Assembly: GCA_963674945.2 (NCBI GenBank)
Contig: CAXXWQ010000004.1
Span: 2,304,001 to 2,368,000 of the forward strand
Source of the DNA: an uncultured Desulfosarcina sp.
GTDB taxonomy: Bacteria; Desulfobacterota; Desulfobacteria; Desulfobacterales; Desulfosarcinaceae
Length of the DNA: 64,000 nt
Reading direction: 5' to 3'
Shown: piece by piece, positions 50,974 to 61,401 of the stretch
How the letters are laid out: every line of letters starts with the position of its first letter
How positions within the stretch are numbered: the stretch's first letter is position 1
Made by a program: the position numbers and the translations under genes
The notes under the pieces: model-generated
The model's input: only the letters and a program-made list of their open reading frames with translations
What the model was told of the DNA's origin: nothing
The model's database searches: none

Positions 50974-52938
50974 ATGTTGAAGAAAAATGAGGGAATCGAC
51001 ATCGTACAAGCATTGGGAGGAATCGAAAGCGTCGAACAGGCCCAAGCGCTTTTTGAGAATCGGCTTACAGCGCCGCACCTATCCCGCGTCCGCACATTGC
51101 GCAATCCTCAAATTCTGTTAAAGATCGCCAACGCCATCGCCATGTGCGATCCCGTACGGGTCTATATCAACACCGGAAGCGAGCAAGATCGCCAGTTCAT
51201 CCGTAAATTGGCATTGAACAAAGGGGAAGAGGCGGTTCTCACCATGCCCGATCATACCATCCACTATGATCTCAAGGAAGAACAGGGCCGAATCATCGAT
51301 CGAACCTTTTACATCGCCAATCCGGATGAAAAAATCAGCAGCCTGGCAAACAAGATCCTGCGCGACGATGCCCTCGACGACATCCGCGAGCGGATGGTCG
51401 GCATCATGAAAGGCGCCACGATGGTGGTGGGGTTGTATTCCAGGGGGCCCGTGGGCGCCGCGGCCTCCAATCCGGCAATGGAGATCACCAGCAGTGCCTA
51501 TGTCAGTCACAGCGCGGAGATTCTTTACCGCAATGCCTTTGCGGACTTCGAAAAAGAGGTGGATCGCCTGGGCCATTTTTACACCAACATTCACAGCGAA
51601 GGGTTAAACCGAGCCGAGGATCTGCCCAATGCCCGGGTCTTTATGGATCGCAGCCACCGGACCACCTACTCGTTCAACTGCACCTATGCCGGCAACACCT
51701 TGCTGCTGAAAAAGGGAAACCACCGTTTTTCCGTTGACAAGGCAGTGTATGAGGGAAACGGTATGGAACTGGCCGAGCACATGTTCATCACCGGCATCGA
51801 TGGACCGGGAGGCCGGGTGACATGGGTGGCCGGTGCGGCACCTTCCGGTTGCGGCAAGACAACGACCGCCATGGCGGGAAACCATTTCGTGGGGGATGAC
51901 CTGGCCCAGATGTGGATCGACGAAAAAGGATCCGTTCGTTCCATCAATCCGGAATGCGGTATTTTCGGCATCGTGGAGGATGTGAACGGGGAGGGCGACC
52001 CCATGCTCATGGATCGGCTGCGAAACCCCGGATCCGAGGTGATCTGGTCCAATGTGCTCATCGATGAAAACGGCGTTCCCCAGTGGACCGGTAACGGCGA
52101 AAAGCCGCCCTTGCGGGGCCGGAATTTTCAGGGGCCATGGGCAAAGGGCCTTCGGGATCAAAGCGGCAAGGAAGTACCCATCTCCCACCCCAATGCACGG
52201 TGCACCATCGCATCATCGGTCCTGGCCAATTTTTCGGACAAGGCCGAAGACCCGGACGGAGTCGAAACCCGTGTGATTACCTACAGCGGTCGGGACAGCG
52301 ACACCATGCCGCCCGTGTGGGCCGCGAAAAATGCCGAACACGGTGTCGTTATCGGCGCATGCATCGTATCTGCGGCCACGGCTACGGAAGTGGGGGCCAC
52401 CGGTGTAAAACGTGCGCCGTGGGCAAATGCCCCCTTCATCCCCGGCGCGCTCGGTGATTATATGAAAGCCCAATTCGACTTTTTCGGAAGCGCCGCCATC
52501 GCAGACGGCAGAAGGCCGGTCATTGCCGGACTGAACTATTTTCTCACCCATGAAGCCCGGGGAGGAGAAGGAAAGAAACTTCTCGGCGAAAAAAGGGACG
52601 TGAAGGTCTGGTTGGGATGGCTCGAGCGTCGAGCCCATGGGGACGTCGACGCCATCGAAACCCCCATCGGTTTTATTCCCAAGTACGAAGATCTCAAGGT
52701 GCTTTTCCAGGAACTCATCGACAAGCCTTACCCCAGAGATCTTTACGACAAACAGTTCTCACTGTATCTGGACAACATCCTGGTCAGAAATGAGCTGCAA
52801 ACAAATGCATATGGGAAAGAAGAGAATATTCCCCAGCAATTGTTCGACGTCCTGAAAGAGCAGCGGGACGGACTCATTGCCCTGAAAGAGAAATTTGGTC
52901 CCATCGTCGCACCGGACCAATTATCCGACGGCGTATAA
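50974..52938 (+). CDS. pckG: GTP-dependent phosphoenolpyruvate carboxykinase
   Basis: LAEHM, P-loop PSGCGKT, VGDDLA, NPECGIFG, HPNAR, SAATAT, NYFL, TPIGFIP. Confidence 0.9.
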   Translation: MLKKNEGIDIVQALGGIESVEQAQALFENRLTAPHLSRVRTLRNPQILLKIANAIAMCDPVRVYINTGSEQDRQFIRKLALNKGEEAVLTMPDHTIHYDLKEEQGRIIDRTFYIANPDEKISSLANKILRDDALDDIRERMVGIMKGATMVVGLYSRGPVGAAASNPAMEITSSAYVSHSAEILYRNAFADFEKEVDRLGHFYTNIHSEGLNRAEDLPNARVFMDRSHRTTYSFNCTYAGNTLLLKKGNHRFSVDKAVYEGNGMELAEHMFITGIDGPGGRVTWVAGAAPSGCGKTTTAMAGNHFVGDDLAQMWIDEKGSVRSINPECGIFGIVEDVNGEGDPMLMDRLRNPGSEVIWSNVLIDENGVPQWTGNGEKPPLRGRNFQGPWAKGLRDQSGKEVPISHPNARCTIASSVLANFSDKAEDPDGVETRVITYSGRDSDTMPPVWAAKNAEHGVVIGACIVSAATATEVGATGVKRAPWANAPFIPGALGDYMKAQFDFFGSAAIADGRRPVIAGLNYFLTHEARGGEGKKLLGEKRDVKVWLGWLERRAHGDVDAIETPIGFIPKYEDLKVLFQELIDKPYPRDLYDKQFSLYLDNILVRNELQTNAYGKEENIPQQLFDVLKEQRDGLIALKEKFGPIVAPDQLSDGV

Positions 52939-52962
52939 TGTCCAAAGACGACACTTTTGAAA

Positions 52963-52999
52963 AAAAGAGGGCGGCGGCATGATGCCGCCGCCCTCTTTT
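52963..52999. terminator. Intrinsic terminator after pckG
   Basis: AAAAGAGGGCGGCGGCAT-G-ATGCCGCCGCCCTCTTTT, perfect inverted repeat. Confidence 0.85.
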
Positions 53000-53015
53000 G
53001 TAAGGCATATCGCCC

Positions 53016-54233
53016 GTGAACCCGTCCCATTTTCTGTCCATCATTTTCAACCGTCGCATGGTGGTATCCCTGATCATGGGGTTTTCATGCGGTCTCCCCC
53101 TTCCCCTTACAGGAGGTGTGCTTCAGGCGTGGATGCGTGAATCCGGAGTGGACCTGACCACCATCGGTCTCATGTCCCTGGTCGGGTTGCCCTATGCCCT
53201 CAAGTTTTTATGGTCGCCCGTATTCGACCGATATGCATTGCCTGTACTGGGGCGGCGCCGGGGCTGGCTCCTCATTTCCCAACTCACCCTGATGGCGGCC
53301 CTGGTATGGCTGGGACACAATGATCCGGTGGTCTACCCCCAACTGCTGGCGCTGTCGGCACTGGCCGTTACCCTATTCAGTGCCTCCCAGGATATCGTGG
53401 TGGATGCCTATCGGCGGGAAGATCTCCCGGACCGGGAACTGGGACTGGGATCCGCTCTTTACATCAACGGTTACCGTGTGGGCATGCTGCTGGCGTCCGG
53501 GGGAGGGCTGATTCTTGCGGATCACCTGCCCTTTTCCATGGTCTACGTCATCATGGCCCTTTGCATGGCCCCCGGTCTCGTTACCACTGTTTTGACACCC
53601 GAGCCAGAGGTATCGTCGATTCCCGTTTCCCTGTCGGCGGCCGTTATCGATCCCTTGAAAGAGTATTTCCAGCGGGCGGGCGCGGTCTGGATACTGGTAT
53701 TTATTCTGATGTACAAGATCGGAGATACCATGGCCGCTGCCATGACGATGCCATTTTACCTGGACGTGGGATTTACCATGACCCAGATCGGCGCCGTCGT
53801 TAAAATATTTGCATTCTGGGCCACCGTCGTGGGAAGCATCTTCGGCGGAATCGTCATGCTCCGGTTGGGGATATTCCGCAGCCTGTGGATCTTCGGTATT
53901 CTCCAGATGCTTTCCACGGCGGGTTTCGCCTTGCTCTTCATGGCCGGACCGAATCTGACGATGCTGTCTGCCGTGATCGCCTTCGAGAACCTGAGTGCCG
54001 GAATGGGTACATCGGCCTACGCCGCATACATGGCGAGCATCACGGACAAACGGTTCACCGCCACCCAGTATGCCCTGCTTTCGAGCCTCATGGGAGTTCC
54101 CCGCGTGCTGGCGTCGGCCCCAACGGGGTACCTTGCCACCCATATGGGATGGGTCGGTTTTTTTATTTTCTGCACCCTCATGGCCATTCCCGGATTGGCG
54201 CTGCTCTTACGCATCCGAACCGCATCCCAGTAA
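53016..54233 (+). CDS. ampG: AmpG-family muropeptide MFS transporter
   Basis: MGFSCGLP, LKFLWSP, LGRRRGW, SASQDIVVDAYR, FTATQYALLSSL. Confidence 0.92.
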   Translation: MNPSHFLSIIFNRRMVVSLIMGFSCGLPLPLTGGVLQAWMRESGVDLTTIGLMSLVGLPYALKFLWSPVFDRYALPVLGRRRGWLLISQLTLMAALVWLGHNDPVVYPQLLALSALAVTLFSASQDIVVDAYRREDLPDRELGLGSALYINGYRVGMLLASGGGLILADHLPFSMVYVIMALCMAPGLVTTVLTPEPEVSSIPVSLSAAVIDPLKEYFQRAGAVWILVFILMYKIGDTMAAAMTMPFYLDVGFTMTQIGAVVKIFAFWATVVGSIFGGIVMLRLGIFRSLWIFGILQMLSTAGFALLFMAGPNLTMLSAVIAFENLSAGMGTSAYAAYMASITDKRFTATQYALLSSLMGVPRVLASAPTGYLATHMGWVGFFIFCTLMAIPGLALLLRIRTASQ

Positions 54234-54406
54234 TTATTGCCTATCCAGCCTCCTTGTTTTTTTGTTTATTTTGATTATGATGAAGCACGTCGGGCCAATT
54301 GGTTCGACAACCGATGACTTGGTAACCAACTTGTACCTGCACGTTCGTCCGGGAATTGGACATTTCTGGATGAGCGCTTTTTGCATTATCAAAGGAAAAA
54401 AGTCTC

Positions 54407-56155
54407 TTGACACGCCCTCAAAAGCCCCCTATCGGACATGCCGAACGCGTACGCCAACTGGCACAGACGCGACGGCGCATCCTTTCCGGACCGGCAGAAC
54501 AGGCCATGTCCATCATCCTAGACCATCCGCAGCCGGCGGCGCTGGTTCACAGCTTTTCCGAACAGGATTTGCATTTTCTGATCCATGATATCGGCATAGC
54601 AGAGGCCGGTTCCCTGATCGCCTTGGCGTCAAACCGCCAATGGGAATACATGCTGGACATGGAGGTCTGGCGCAAAGACCGAATGGATTTCGCGCGCTCG
54701 ACCGAATGGCTGGGCATTCTTCTCCAGGCTGATCCGGATCGGCTGGTTCGGTGGTGCTTCGATGAAAAGATCGAATTTGTTGAGTATTTTCTGTTTCGGA
54801 ACATCGAGCTTCGAATCCGGGAACACGATCAGTCGCCTTCGGATTTCGGAGAGGGGTTTTTTACCGATGACGATGTCTTTTACGTCCGCTTCGTGGACTA
54901 TCCCGTGACCACCCCCGGGGAAAAGGCGGTGAAAGAGCGTCGAAACAAGATGCTGTTGGAACTTTTGCGCCGCCTGTCCATTTACGATCATCCACGCTAC
55001 CAGGGGCTCTTGCTGGAAGCCATGGGCACGATTCCCGCCGAAACGGAAGAGGAATTGTATCGGTTTCGCAACGTCCGCTTGGGGGAAAAAGGATTTTTGC
55101 CGTTTGACGAAGCAATCGGCGTCTATCAACCGTTACAACCGGAAGAACTCGAGGGCCGAAAGAAAAAAAGCATCCACCCGGCGGCTGAAGTGGACGACTC
55201 TTTTCCGGTACCGCAGTTCACCGCCTCCTTTCTGGAAGGCGATAACCTTTTCATACGGGCGATCAAGAAACTTTCCGGCGATCACGGGATCCAGCATCTC
55301 CAAGCGGAACTGGCCGGCCTTTGCAACCAGGTCATATCCGCCGACCAGATCATCATCCAAAACCGTGATCAACTCCAGGAGGTGGTTTCCAAGGTGAGCG
55401 GCTATTTGAGCATCGGACTGGCGCGATTGATTCCCGATCAGACTGAAAACCGGGAAACCGAAGCATCCCGTCTGCTTCAACTGCATATGCTGTCCGACCT
55501 TTTTCGAACCGGGTTTGCCGATGCCCTTTCACTCAAATGGAAGGCCGTTCGGTGGCACAAAGAGAGCTGGTGCAAAGCCCAGCAGCTGGAGTTGACGTTC
55601 TGGGATCAATCGTTTTTTGGGCTTCTTGGTGGACTATTGATAAAAACCCCGAAATTTTACGATCCGCAACGACCCGAATCCCACTACCGTGAATTTCATA
55701 CACTGGAGGAAATCAGCGCAACCCATGGACAATTGGAGCAGATCATGGCGCTGGATAGACTGCTGGGGGACATGGATATTATCGTTTCTCCTACCGCCGG
55801 ACAACGATTGATCACCTATAAAAACCTGCTGCTCACCTTATGGGCCAGGTATCGATTGAAATTGCCGTCTGAGAACGAGCAGATGGGGACACTTTCGATT
55901 TCACGATCGGCTTTCGGTAAATTTTACGCCGAACTCTGGACCGACGGGAAAGATCACCGCATTATCGGCGACGACAAGAAGAACGATTTTTTAATGTGGG
56001 CCGCCGAAGCCTCGAAAACTGATCACGGGCAGTTGTCCGACCGGCTTGGCACCGTATTCGAGGCCCTCTTCGACGAAATTGAACGTGAACTGGCAACGGT
56101 GCGAGCCGGCAACCTGGATCCACGTTTCGTCAGCCTTTTTCTTTTGAAACCGTAA
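54407..56155 (+). CDS. Conserved hypothetical protein (resembles DUF6178 from recall)
   Basis: 582-aa ORF with TTG start; LDMEVW and ELYRFRNVRLGEKGF segments; family name unverified. Confidence 0.75.
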   Translation: MTRPQKPPIGHAERVRQLAQTRRRILSGPAEQAMSIILDHPQPAALVHSFSEQDLHFLIHDIGIAEAGSLIALASNRQWEYMLDMEVWRKDRMDFARSTEWLGILLQADPDRLVRWCFDEKIEFVEYFLFRNIELRIREHDQSPSDFGEGFFTDDDVFYVRFVDYPVTTPGEKAVKERRNKMLLELLRRLSIYDHPRYQGLLLEAMGTIPAETEEELYRFRNVRLGEKGFLPFDEAIGVYQPLQPEELEGRKKKSIHPAAEVDDSFPVPQFTASFLEGDNLFIRAIKKLSGDHGIQHLQAELAGLCNQVISADQIIIQNRDQLQEVVSKVSGYLSIGLARLIPDQTENRETEASRLLQLHMLSDLFRTGFADALSLKWKAVRWHKESWCKAQQLELTFWDQSFFGLLGGLLIKTPKFYDPQRPESHYREFHTLEEISATHGQLEQIMALDRLLGDMDIIVSPTAGQRLITYKNLLLTLWARYRLKLPSENEQMGTLSISRSAFGKFYAELWTDGKDHRIIGDDKKNDFLMWAAEASKTDHGQLSDRLGTVFEALFDEIERELATVRAGNLDPRFVSLFLLKP

Positions 56156-56159
56156 AAAC

Positions 56160-56221
56160 AAGTTTCTTCTTGTGGTTGTCTGGCCATGTGCGGCCAGAGC
56201 GAGCTTTTTACGAATCCGTCA
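56160..56221 (-). repeat. Miniature repeat, type 2, 5' part only
   Basis: Reverse complement TGACGGATTCGTAAAAAGCTCGCTCTGGCCGCACATGGCCAGACAACCACAAGAAGAAACT. Confidence 0.75.
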
Positions 56222-56300
56222 AGTTTGGGTTTAGAAATCTTGGCAGGGCGATGCCCTCTGGCATCATTGAAACAGAAAAGGAGGGGCAGGTGTTGATAAG

Positions 56301-56465
56301 TCAGGAATCGTGGGATTCGGTTGATAAACGCGGCCGGCGGCGATCCTGTCCGCTACGGCGTTCTTCACCGCTCCTGCGTTCGGGAATGTGAACGGCATAA
56401 ATAAATTGTCGGCGGTCAAACCCGGATCGTCTTCCACCATTATCGTTTGCTGCGACGGCATTCAT
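56301..56465 (-). CDS. 54-aa Arg-rich protein with RRSGx[DE]RR repeats
   Basis: MNAVAANDNGGRRSGFDRRQFIYAVHIPERRSGEERRSGQDRRRPRLSTESHDS*; repeats use different synonymous codons; below the ORF-track cut-off; alternative in-frame ATG at 56480. Confidence 0.7.
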   Translation of the reverse strand: MNAVAANDNGGRRSGFDRRQFIYAVHIPERRSGEERRSGQDRRRPRLSTESHDS

Positions 56466-56792
56466 ATTGATTCGGCGCATCCTCGTTTGTCATGGAGATG
56501 ATCCCATCCCCATGAATCGTTTTCAGATTCGGAAAATGTAACAGAGAGCCGGAAAAGACCGATCAAAACATTCTTACATGCAAAAACCGAGCTACCTGTA
56601 ATAAAAAATTTTTTATCTTCTAAGTTCAGGCAGATATATTATTAACAATATCCGTTCTTAAAAGGAAATAGGAAATAAATGAAACGAATTATAGGAAAAT
56701 CATTCTATATAGGAATTTTTTTCTTTACCGGCCCTGTTCCCATTCGGGGTGCGTGTCCCGACACGCCAAACCGTCACCATTTTTCCTGCGAT

Positions 56793-57512
56793 TCATGTCT
56801 CATGGTCGAATAAATATCCAACCGAACGAAGACTCTTGAAAAATATGGGATTTTTTGGATCCGGCTCAAAGTATTTGCGGAACCGGACGATGAAATTATC
56901 CACTGTGCGGGTCGTTGTTTTCCTTGAATACCCCCATCCGATCTGCAGTAGCTTCTCACGGGAAAGGGGCTTGCCGCGATTGGCGATGAACATTTTAAGG
57001 ACCTTGCATTCCTGCTCGGTCAGTGCGACCGTCCCCTTTCGGCACAGGGCCGTGTAGGTGACAAAGTCGATACGGTTATCCCCGAATCGATAGGTTCGAA
57101 TTGTGGGAAAAGTCGCCTCTCCCCCGTTTCGATTCCAGCTGTCGCGTTTGAGCAGCCGTTCTACCCGAAGGATGAGCTCTTCGAGGTTGAATGGTTTGGA
57201 AAGGTAATCATCCCCCCCGAAAGTGAGTCCCTTGACACGGTCATCGGGATCGCCCTTTGCCGACAGGATCAAAATGGGTAGACGCTCATCTTCCAACCGG
57301 ATATTTTGAAGAATGGACAGACCATCGATGCCCGGCAGCATGATGTCCAGAATCACGAGATCCGGATTCATCTCTTTCCACTTGTTCAACCCCGCCACAC
57401 CGTCGGTCGCAACGGCGACCCCATACCCCTGGAGTTCGAGGTTTAGCTGGATGCCCTCGGCGATATGGCTATCGTCTTCGATGATGAGAATTCGCTTTTT
57501 CGAGGATTCCAC
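56793..57512 (-). CDS. OmpR-family response regulator
   Basis: ILIIEDD, LVILDIMLP, DDYLSKPF, winged helix TRTVDNFIVRFRK...RSVGY. Confidence 0.94.
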   Translation of the reverse strand: MESSKKRILIIEDDSHIAEGIQLNLELQGYGVAVATDGVAGLNKWKEMNPDLVILDIMLPGIDGLSILQNIRLEDERLPILILSAKGDPDDRVKGLTFGGDDYLSKPFNLEELILRVERLLKRDSWNRNGGEATFPTIRTYRFGDNRIDFVTYTALCRKGTVALTEQECKVLKMFIANRGKPLSREKLLQIGWGYSRKTTTRTVDNFIVRFRKYFEPDPKNPIFFKSLRSVGYLFDHET

Positions 57513-57548
57513 AATGGCCTCTCCTTTGTAAAGGCCCTTTCATGCATA

Positions 57549-58502
57549 TCAGGTCAGGGCCGGTAGAACCAGCGTGAACGTGGACCCCCGGTCGCGTCCG
57601 GGGCTTTCGGCCACGACCCGTCCTTTGTGCAGCCGTGCGATGTGTTCCACCAGATGCAGTCCCAGTCCACTACCCTTTGCCGTCATGTTGTCCGATCGAC
57701 CGATCTGATAAAACTTGCGGAAAATCTTTTTCATCTCTTTTTTTTCGAAGCCGATGCCGTTGTCCGAAAATCGAAGATGCGTATGCCGATTTTTGGGCTC
57801 AATGAAAATGTCTATTTCCGGAACCGCAGCGGCGTTGTATTTTATGGCATTGGTCAAGATGTTCATCAGCAACATCTCGAACAGGTGTCGATTGATCCGA
57901 TTGTATATCTTCGCGTTTTCCTGGCAGTGGACGACAATTCTGCACTTTTCGAACAGATGAGCATTGTCCTTGACAAATTGCCGGACCACATTGACGACAT
58001 CGCAAACGACAAACTCGCCCATGTAGCTTCGGCTTTCCAATCTGGCCAGGTTCAGCATCCGGTTGATATTTTCCGTCAGTCGATTCACATCGGAAAGCAT
58101 GTATTGAATATACTTGAGTTGATTCTCCCGGGGCAGATCGTGCTTGGAAAAAGTCTGCAGATAAAGTTGCAGGGAGGTCACCGGCGTCTTCAGCTCATGG
58201 GTGAAATTGTTGATGAAATTGTTTTGCAGGCGATAAAGTTGCATCGTCTTTTGGCTGAATACAAAAATGATGAAGATTCCCAGGAAGATGGTCCCGATCA
58301 ACAGGGAAAGAACGAGGATTACCAGCCAGGTGTCGGCAGACTGTATCTGCTTTTGTTCCAGGTTGAACCGCTCCATTGCCGACCGAAGAACGCTGCTGGC
58401 CTCAATGTACCAGTAGATGTAAAGAAAAAGAGAGACCACCAGAGCCGTAACAGATAAAACAAACACCAAAATGGGATGAAAAAGCCACTTCACCTGCCTC
58501 AT
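57549..58502 (-). CDS. Sensor histidine kinase (short periplasmic loop)
   Basis: Two TMs; FTHELKTP, NILTNAIKY, DNGIG, GSGLGL. Confidence 0.93.
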   Translation of the reverse strand: MRQVKWLFHPILVFVLSVTALVVSLFLYIYWYIEASSVLRSAMERFNLEQKQIQSADTWLVILVLSLLIGTIFLGIFIIFVFSQKTMQLYRLQNNFINNFTHELKTPVTSLQLYLQTFSKHDLPRENQLKYIQYMLSDVNRLTENINRMLNLARLESRSYMGEFVVCDVVNVVRQFVKDNAHLFEKCRIVVHCQENAKIYNRINRHLFEMLLMNILTNAIKYNAAAVPEIDIFIEPKNRHTHLRFSDNGIGFEKKEMKKIFRKFYQIGRSDNMTAKGSGLGLHLVEHIARLHKGRVVAESPGRDRGSTFTLVLPALT

Positions 58503-58684
58503 GGGACGCCGTCACTCCTTTGATCCCGCCGTAACCAATACGGGGATTGAACAAACGATTTCTTCAATTGGATCCGCCAATTACGGGGAATTTGGAAAAA
58601 GGATCGTAAGGGGCAATTGGTGTGAACCATTTTACCGGCTTTCTCCTTGTATTTCAATTCAATGGTGCACGAACAAAACAAAAT

Positions 58685-58729
58685 TGATGGTCCCGTAGAA
58701 AGTCGCTGTTCGGACGGACTCGTAAAAAA
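58685..58729 (+). repeat. Miniature repeat, type 3
   Basis: TGATGGTCCCGTAGAAAGTCGCTGTTCGGACGGACTCGTAAAAAA. Confidence 0.75.
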
Positions 58730-58735
58730 TTGGAC

Positions 58736-58764
58736 TTGACCCTTTCCCCGGGCCATACCATAAT
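58736..58764 (+). promoter_or_regulatory. Candidate sigma70 promoter facing the dodecin gene
   Basis: TTGACC-17nt-CATAAT. Confidence 0.5.
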
Positions 58765-59075
58765 GAGCCTTACTCACTGGCTATTTTGGGTTGTTTTAAA
58801 ACCGGGTGCCATGCACCCGGCTACAACCGCAACGATTAAAACACTGACGTGTTTTTGACTCGCACGCCTTGCATATCGAAATCGTCGATAATCGCCGCCC
58901 TGTTATTATTGCTGTAAATCGCCCTCGTTGAATCACTGCCCTTTCGCAAAGCGACCGCTCTTTGTTCAGACCGAAAAACCTGGGTCTCTGGGCCATGTCC
59001 GAAAGAAGTGACCCGGTACGCATGTATTTTTCTTCATTCGTCCAATCCGAGAAACCATCAACAAAGGAGGAAAAA

Positions 59076-59288
59076 ATGAGCGAAAGTGTCTACAAAGTCA
59101 TCGAGTTGGTTGGAACCAGTGCCACATCATGGGAGGACGCGGCCAAAAACGCCGTGGAAACAGCGGGGAAATCCTTGAAGGATCTAAGGGTGGCGGAAAT
59201 ATCCAAATTGGACATGAAGGTTGAAGATGGAAAGGTCACCGCATATCGTGCACGCGTGAACCTTTCATTCAAATACGCCTCGGAATAG
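59076..59288 (+). CDS. Dodecin-family protein
   Basis: 70 aa, RBS AAGGAGG; VYKVIELVGTS..SWEDAAKNAV...YRARVNLSFK. Confidence 0.9.
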   Translation: MSESVYKVIELVGTSATSWEDAAKNAVETAGKSLKDLRVAEISKLDMKVEDGKVTAYRARVNLSFKYASE

Positions 59289-59291
59289 TTC

Positions 59292-59350
59292 CGGATTCGT
59301 AAAAAGATGCCCATCCGGCAAATGGATAACAATCCTGTCCGGATGGGCAT
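59292..59350. terminator. Repeat-family terminal unit plus hairpin between convergent dodecin and htpG
   Basis: CGGATTCGTAAAAAG followed by ATGCCCATCCGG...CCGGATGGGCAT (12-bp stem). Confidence 0.6.
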
Positions 59351-59366
59351 ATTCCATCGTCGGCGT

Positions 59367-61301
59367 TTACGCCATGGCCTTGGCCATCAGCTCTCCAACC
59401 ATTTTTGAAAAGCGGGTCGGGTTGTCCAGCTTTCCCCCCTCCCCTACCACCGCCATGTCAAACAGAAGCTGGCTGTAATCTTTAATCGTGGGATTATCCC
59501 GGTCGTTTTCGAATATGGTCTTGATCTTTTCCAGTACCGGATGATCCATGTTCAATTCGAGTACTCGTTTGGATTCGGGAATTTTTTGTCCGGATGCCTT
59601 GAGCAGTTTTTCCATGTAGGCACTCGTATCCCAGTCCTCTCCGGAAAGACAGGATACGGAGTCCTTGAGTCGCGACGAGGGTTTGACCTCCTTGATTCTG
59701 TCCTCCAGGTGCCCCTTGATGAAGCCGAAGAGGGCATTGAACTCCTCTTTCTTGGCATCGTCCACGGCATCCAGTCCCAGATCGCCCTTTTCGGCGCTTT
59801 TCAAGGGTTTTCCATCATACTCGGTCAAAGATTGTACCACCCATTCATCCACCGGATCCGTCATCAAAAGGACCTCGTAATCCTTCTCCTTCAGCTTTTC
59901 CAGATGCGGGCTGTTGAGAAGTGCGGAAAGCTTATCGCCCGTGATGTAATAGATCTCCTTCTGGTCGGCCTTCATGTTTTTTACATAGTCGTCCAAAGAG
60001 ACCCATTTGTCCTCGGATTTGGTGGTCTTGTAACGGGCCAGGGGTGCAATCTTATCCTTGCTGGCAGGATCGGTGTAGATTCCCTCTTTCAAAACGGCAC
60101 CGAATTCATCGTAGAAGGTGTTGTATTTCTCCGGCTCCATTTTGGCCAGCAGGTCAAAAATCTTTTTCACCAGGTTCTTCCGGATGTTCAGCACCAACCG
60201 ATCCTGCTGCAAAATCTCGCGACTGACATTCAGGTTCAGATCCGATGCATCCACGACCCCCTTGATGAAGCGGAAGAATTCGGGCATTAACTCCTTGCAG
60301 TCGTCCATGATGAAAATCCGCTTGGAGTAAAGCTGGATGCCGTGACGGCGGTCGTGACTGAACAGGTCGAAGGGCGCCTTGGATGGAACAAAGAGCAGGA
60401 CCTCGTATTCGGTTGTGCCTTCGAACCTGAGATGAAGCCGCTCCAAAGGGGGATTCCAGTCATGACTCACATGCTTGTAGAACTCTTCGTACTCCTCATC
60501 CTCGACCTCGCTGGGATTGCGGGTCCAGATGGCCTTCATGGAGTTTAGGGTCTCTTCGCGCATTTCCTTTCGCGTCGTCGCCCCGATGGGCTTTCCATCC
60601 TTGTCCTTGATGATCTCCTCATCGGGCAGCGGTTCGTCCCGCTCCACCTCCATGGTGATGGGGTAATTGACGAAATCGGAGTGCTGTTTGACGATGCCGC
60701 GAATGGTCCACTCGTCGGTCCAGTCCTTTTCATCCTTTTCTTTTTTCTTGAGTTCGAGGGTGATGGTCGTGCCCCGGGTGGCCTTCTCGGTGGATTCGAT
60801 GGTGTACGAACCGTCTCCGCTGGAAACCCACTTTACCGCCTGGTCGGCATCTGCTCCGGCGGCACGGGTCACCAATGTGATCCTGTCGGCCACCATGAAG
60901 GCACTGTAAAAGCCCACACCGAACTGCCCGATCAGTTCCGGAATCAGGGATTCCTGTCCCTTGGCGGCTTCCAGGGCCTCCATGAAAGCAGCGGTTCCAC
61001 TTTTGGCTATGGTTCCGATGTTTTCCAGCACCTCTTCCCGTGTCATGCCGATTCCGTTGTCGGAAATTTCGAAGGTCTGCTTGATGCCGTCCGGTTTCAG
61101 GTGGATCTTAAATTCCGTGTCGTTTCCCAGGATCCCCGGCTCGGTTTCCGCCTTGTACCGTACCTTGTCGATGGCGTCCGACGCGTTTGAAATCAACTCC
61201 CGCAAAAAGATATCCTTGTTCGAGTAAAGGGAGTTGATAATGAGGTTAAGTACCTGCTGAACTTCGGTCTTGAACTGAAAGGTCTCCTGCTTTGCTTCCA
61301 T
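59367..61301 (-). CDS. htpG: Hsp90 chaperone HtpG
   Basis: [57 protein letters not shown]; start 61301 with RBS AGGAG. Confidence 0.97.
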   Translation of the reverse strand: MEAKQETFQFKTEVQQVLNLIINSLYSNKDIFLRELISNASDAIDKVRYKAETEPGILGNDTEFKIHLKPDGIKQTFEISDNGIGMTREEVLENIGTIAKSGTAAFMEALEAAKGQESLIPELIGQFGVGFYSAFMVADRITLVTRAAGADADQAVKWVSSGDGSYTIESTEKATRGTTITLELKKKEKDEKDWTDEWTIRGIVKQHSDFVNYPITMEVERDEPLPDEEIIKDKDGKPIGATTRKEMREETLNSMKAIWTRNPSEVEDEEYEEFYKHVSHDWNPPLERLHLRFEGTTEYEVLLFVPSKAPFDLFSHDRRHGIQLYSKRIFIMDDCKELMPEFFRFIKGVVDASDLNLNVSREILQQDRLVLNIRKNLVKKIFDLLAKMEPEKYNTFYDEFGAVLKEGIYTDPASKDKIAPLARYKTTKSEDKWVSLDDYVKNMKADQKEIYYITGDKLSALLNSPHLEKLKEKDYEVLLMTDPVDEWVVQSLTEYDGKPLKSAEKGDLGLDAVDDAKKEEFNALFGFIKGHLEDRIKEVKPSSRLKDSVSCLSGEDWDTSAYMEKLLKASGQKIPESKRVLELNMDHPVLEKIKTIFENDRDNPTIKDYSQLLFDMAVVGEGGKLDNPTRFSKMVGELMAKAMA

Positions 61302-61372
61302 GGGCTCTCCTGAACGCTCCTTTATGTTCTTTTTGTCAATGGTTATAGTACGTTCGACAACGAGGATGAACA

Positions 61373-61401
61373 ATAATGGGTGCGATTTCCCATTTGTCAA
61401 G
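61373..61401 (-). promoter_or_regulatory. Candidate RpoH/sigma70-like promoter of htpG
   Basis: CTTGAC-15nt-CCCATTAT resembles sigma32 consensus CTTGAA-N13-15-CCCCAT. Confidence 0.4.
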
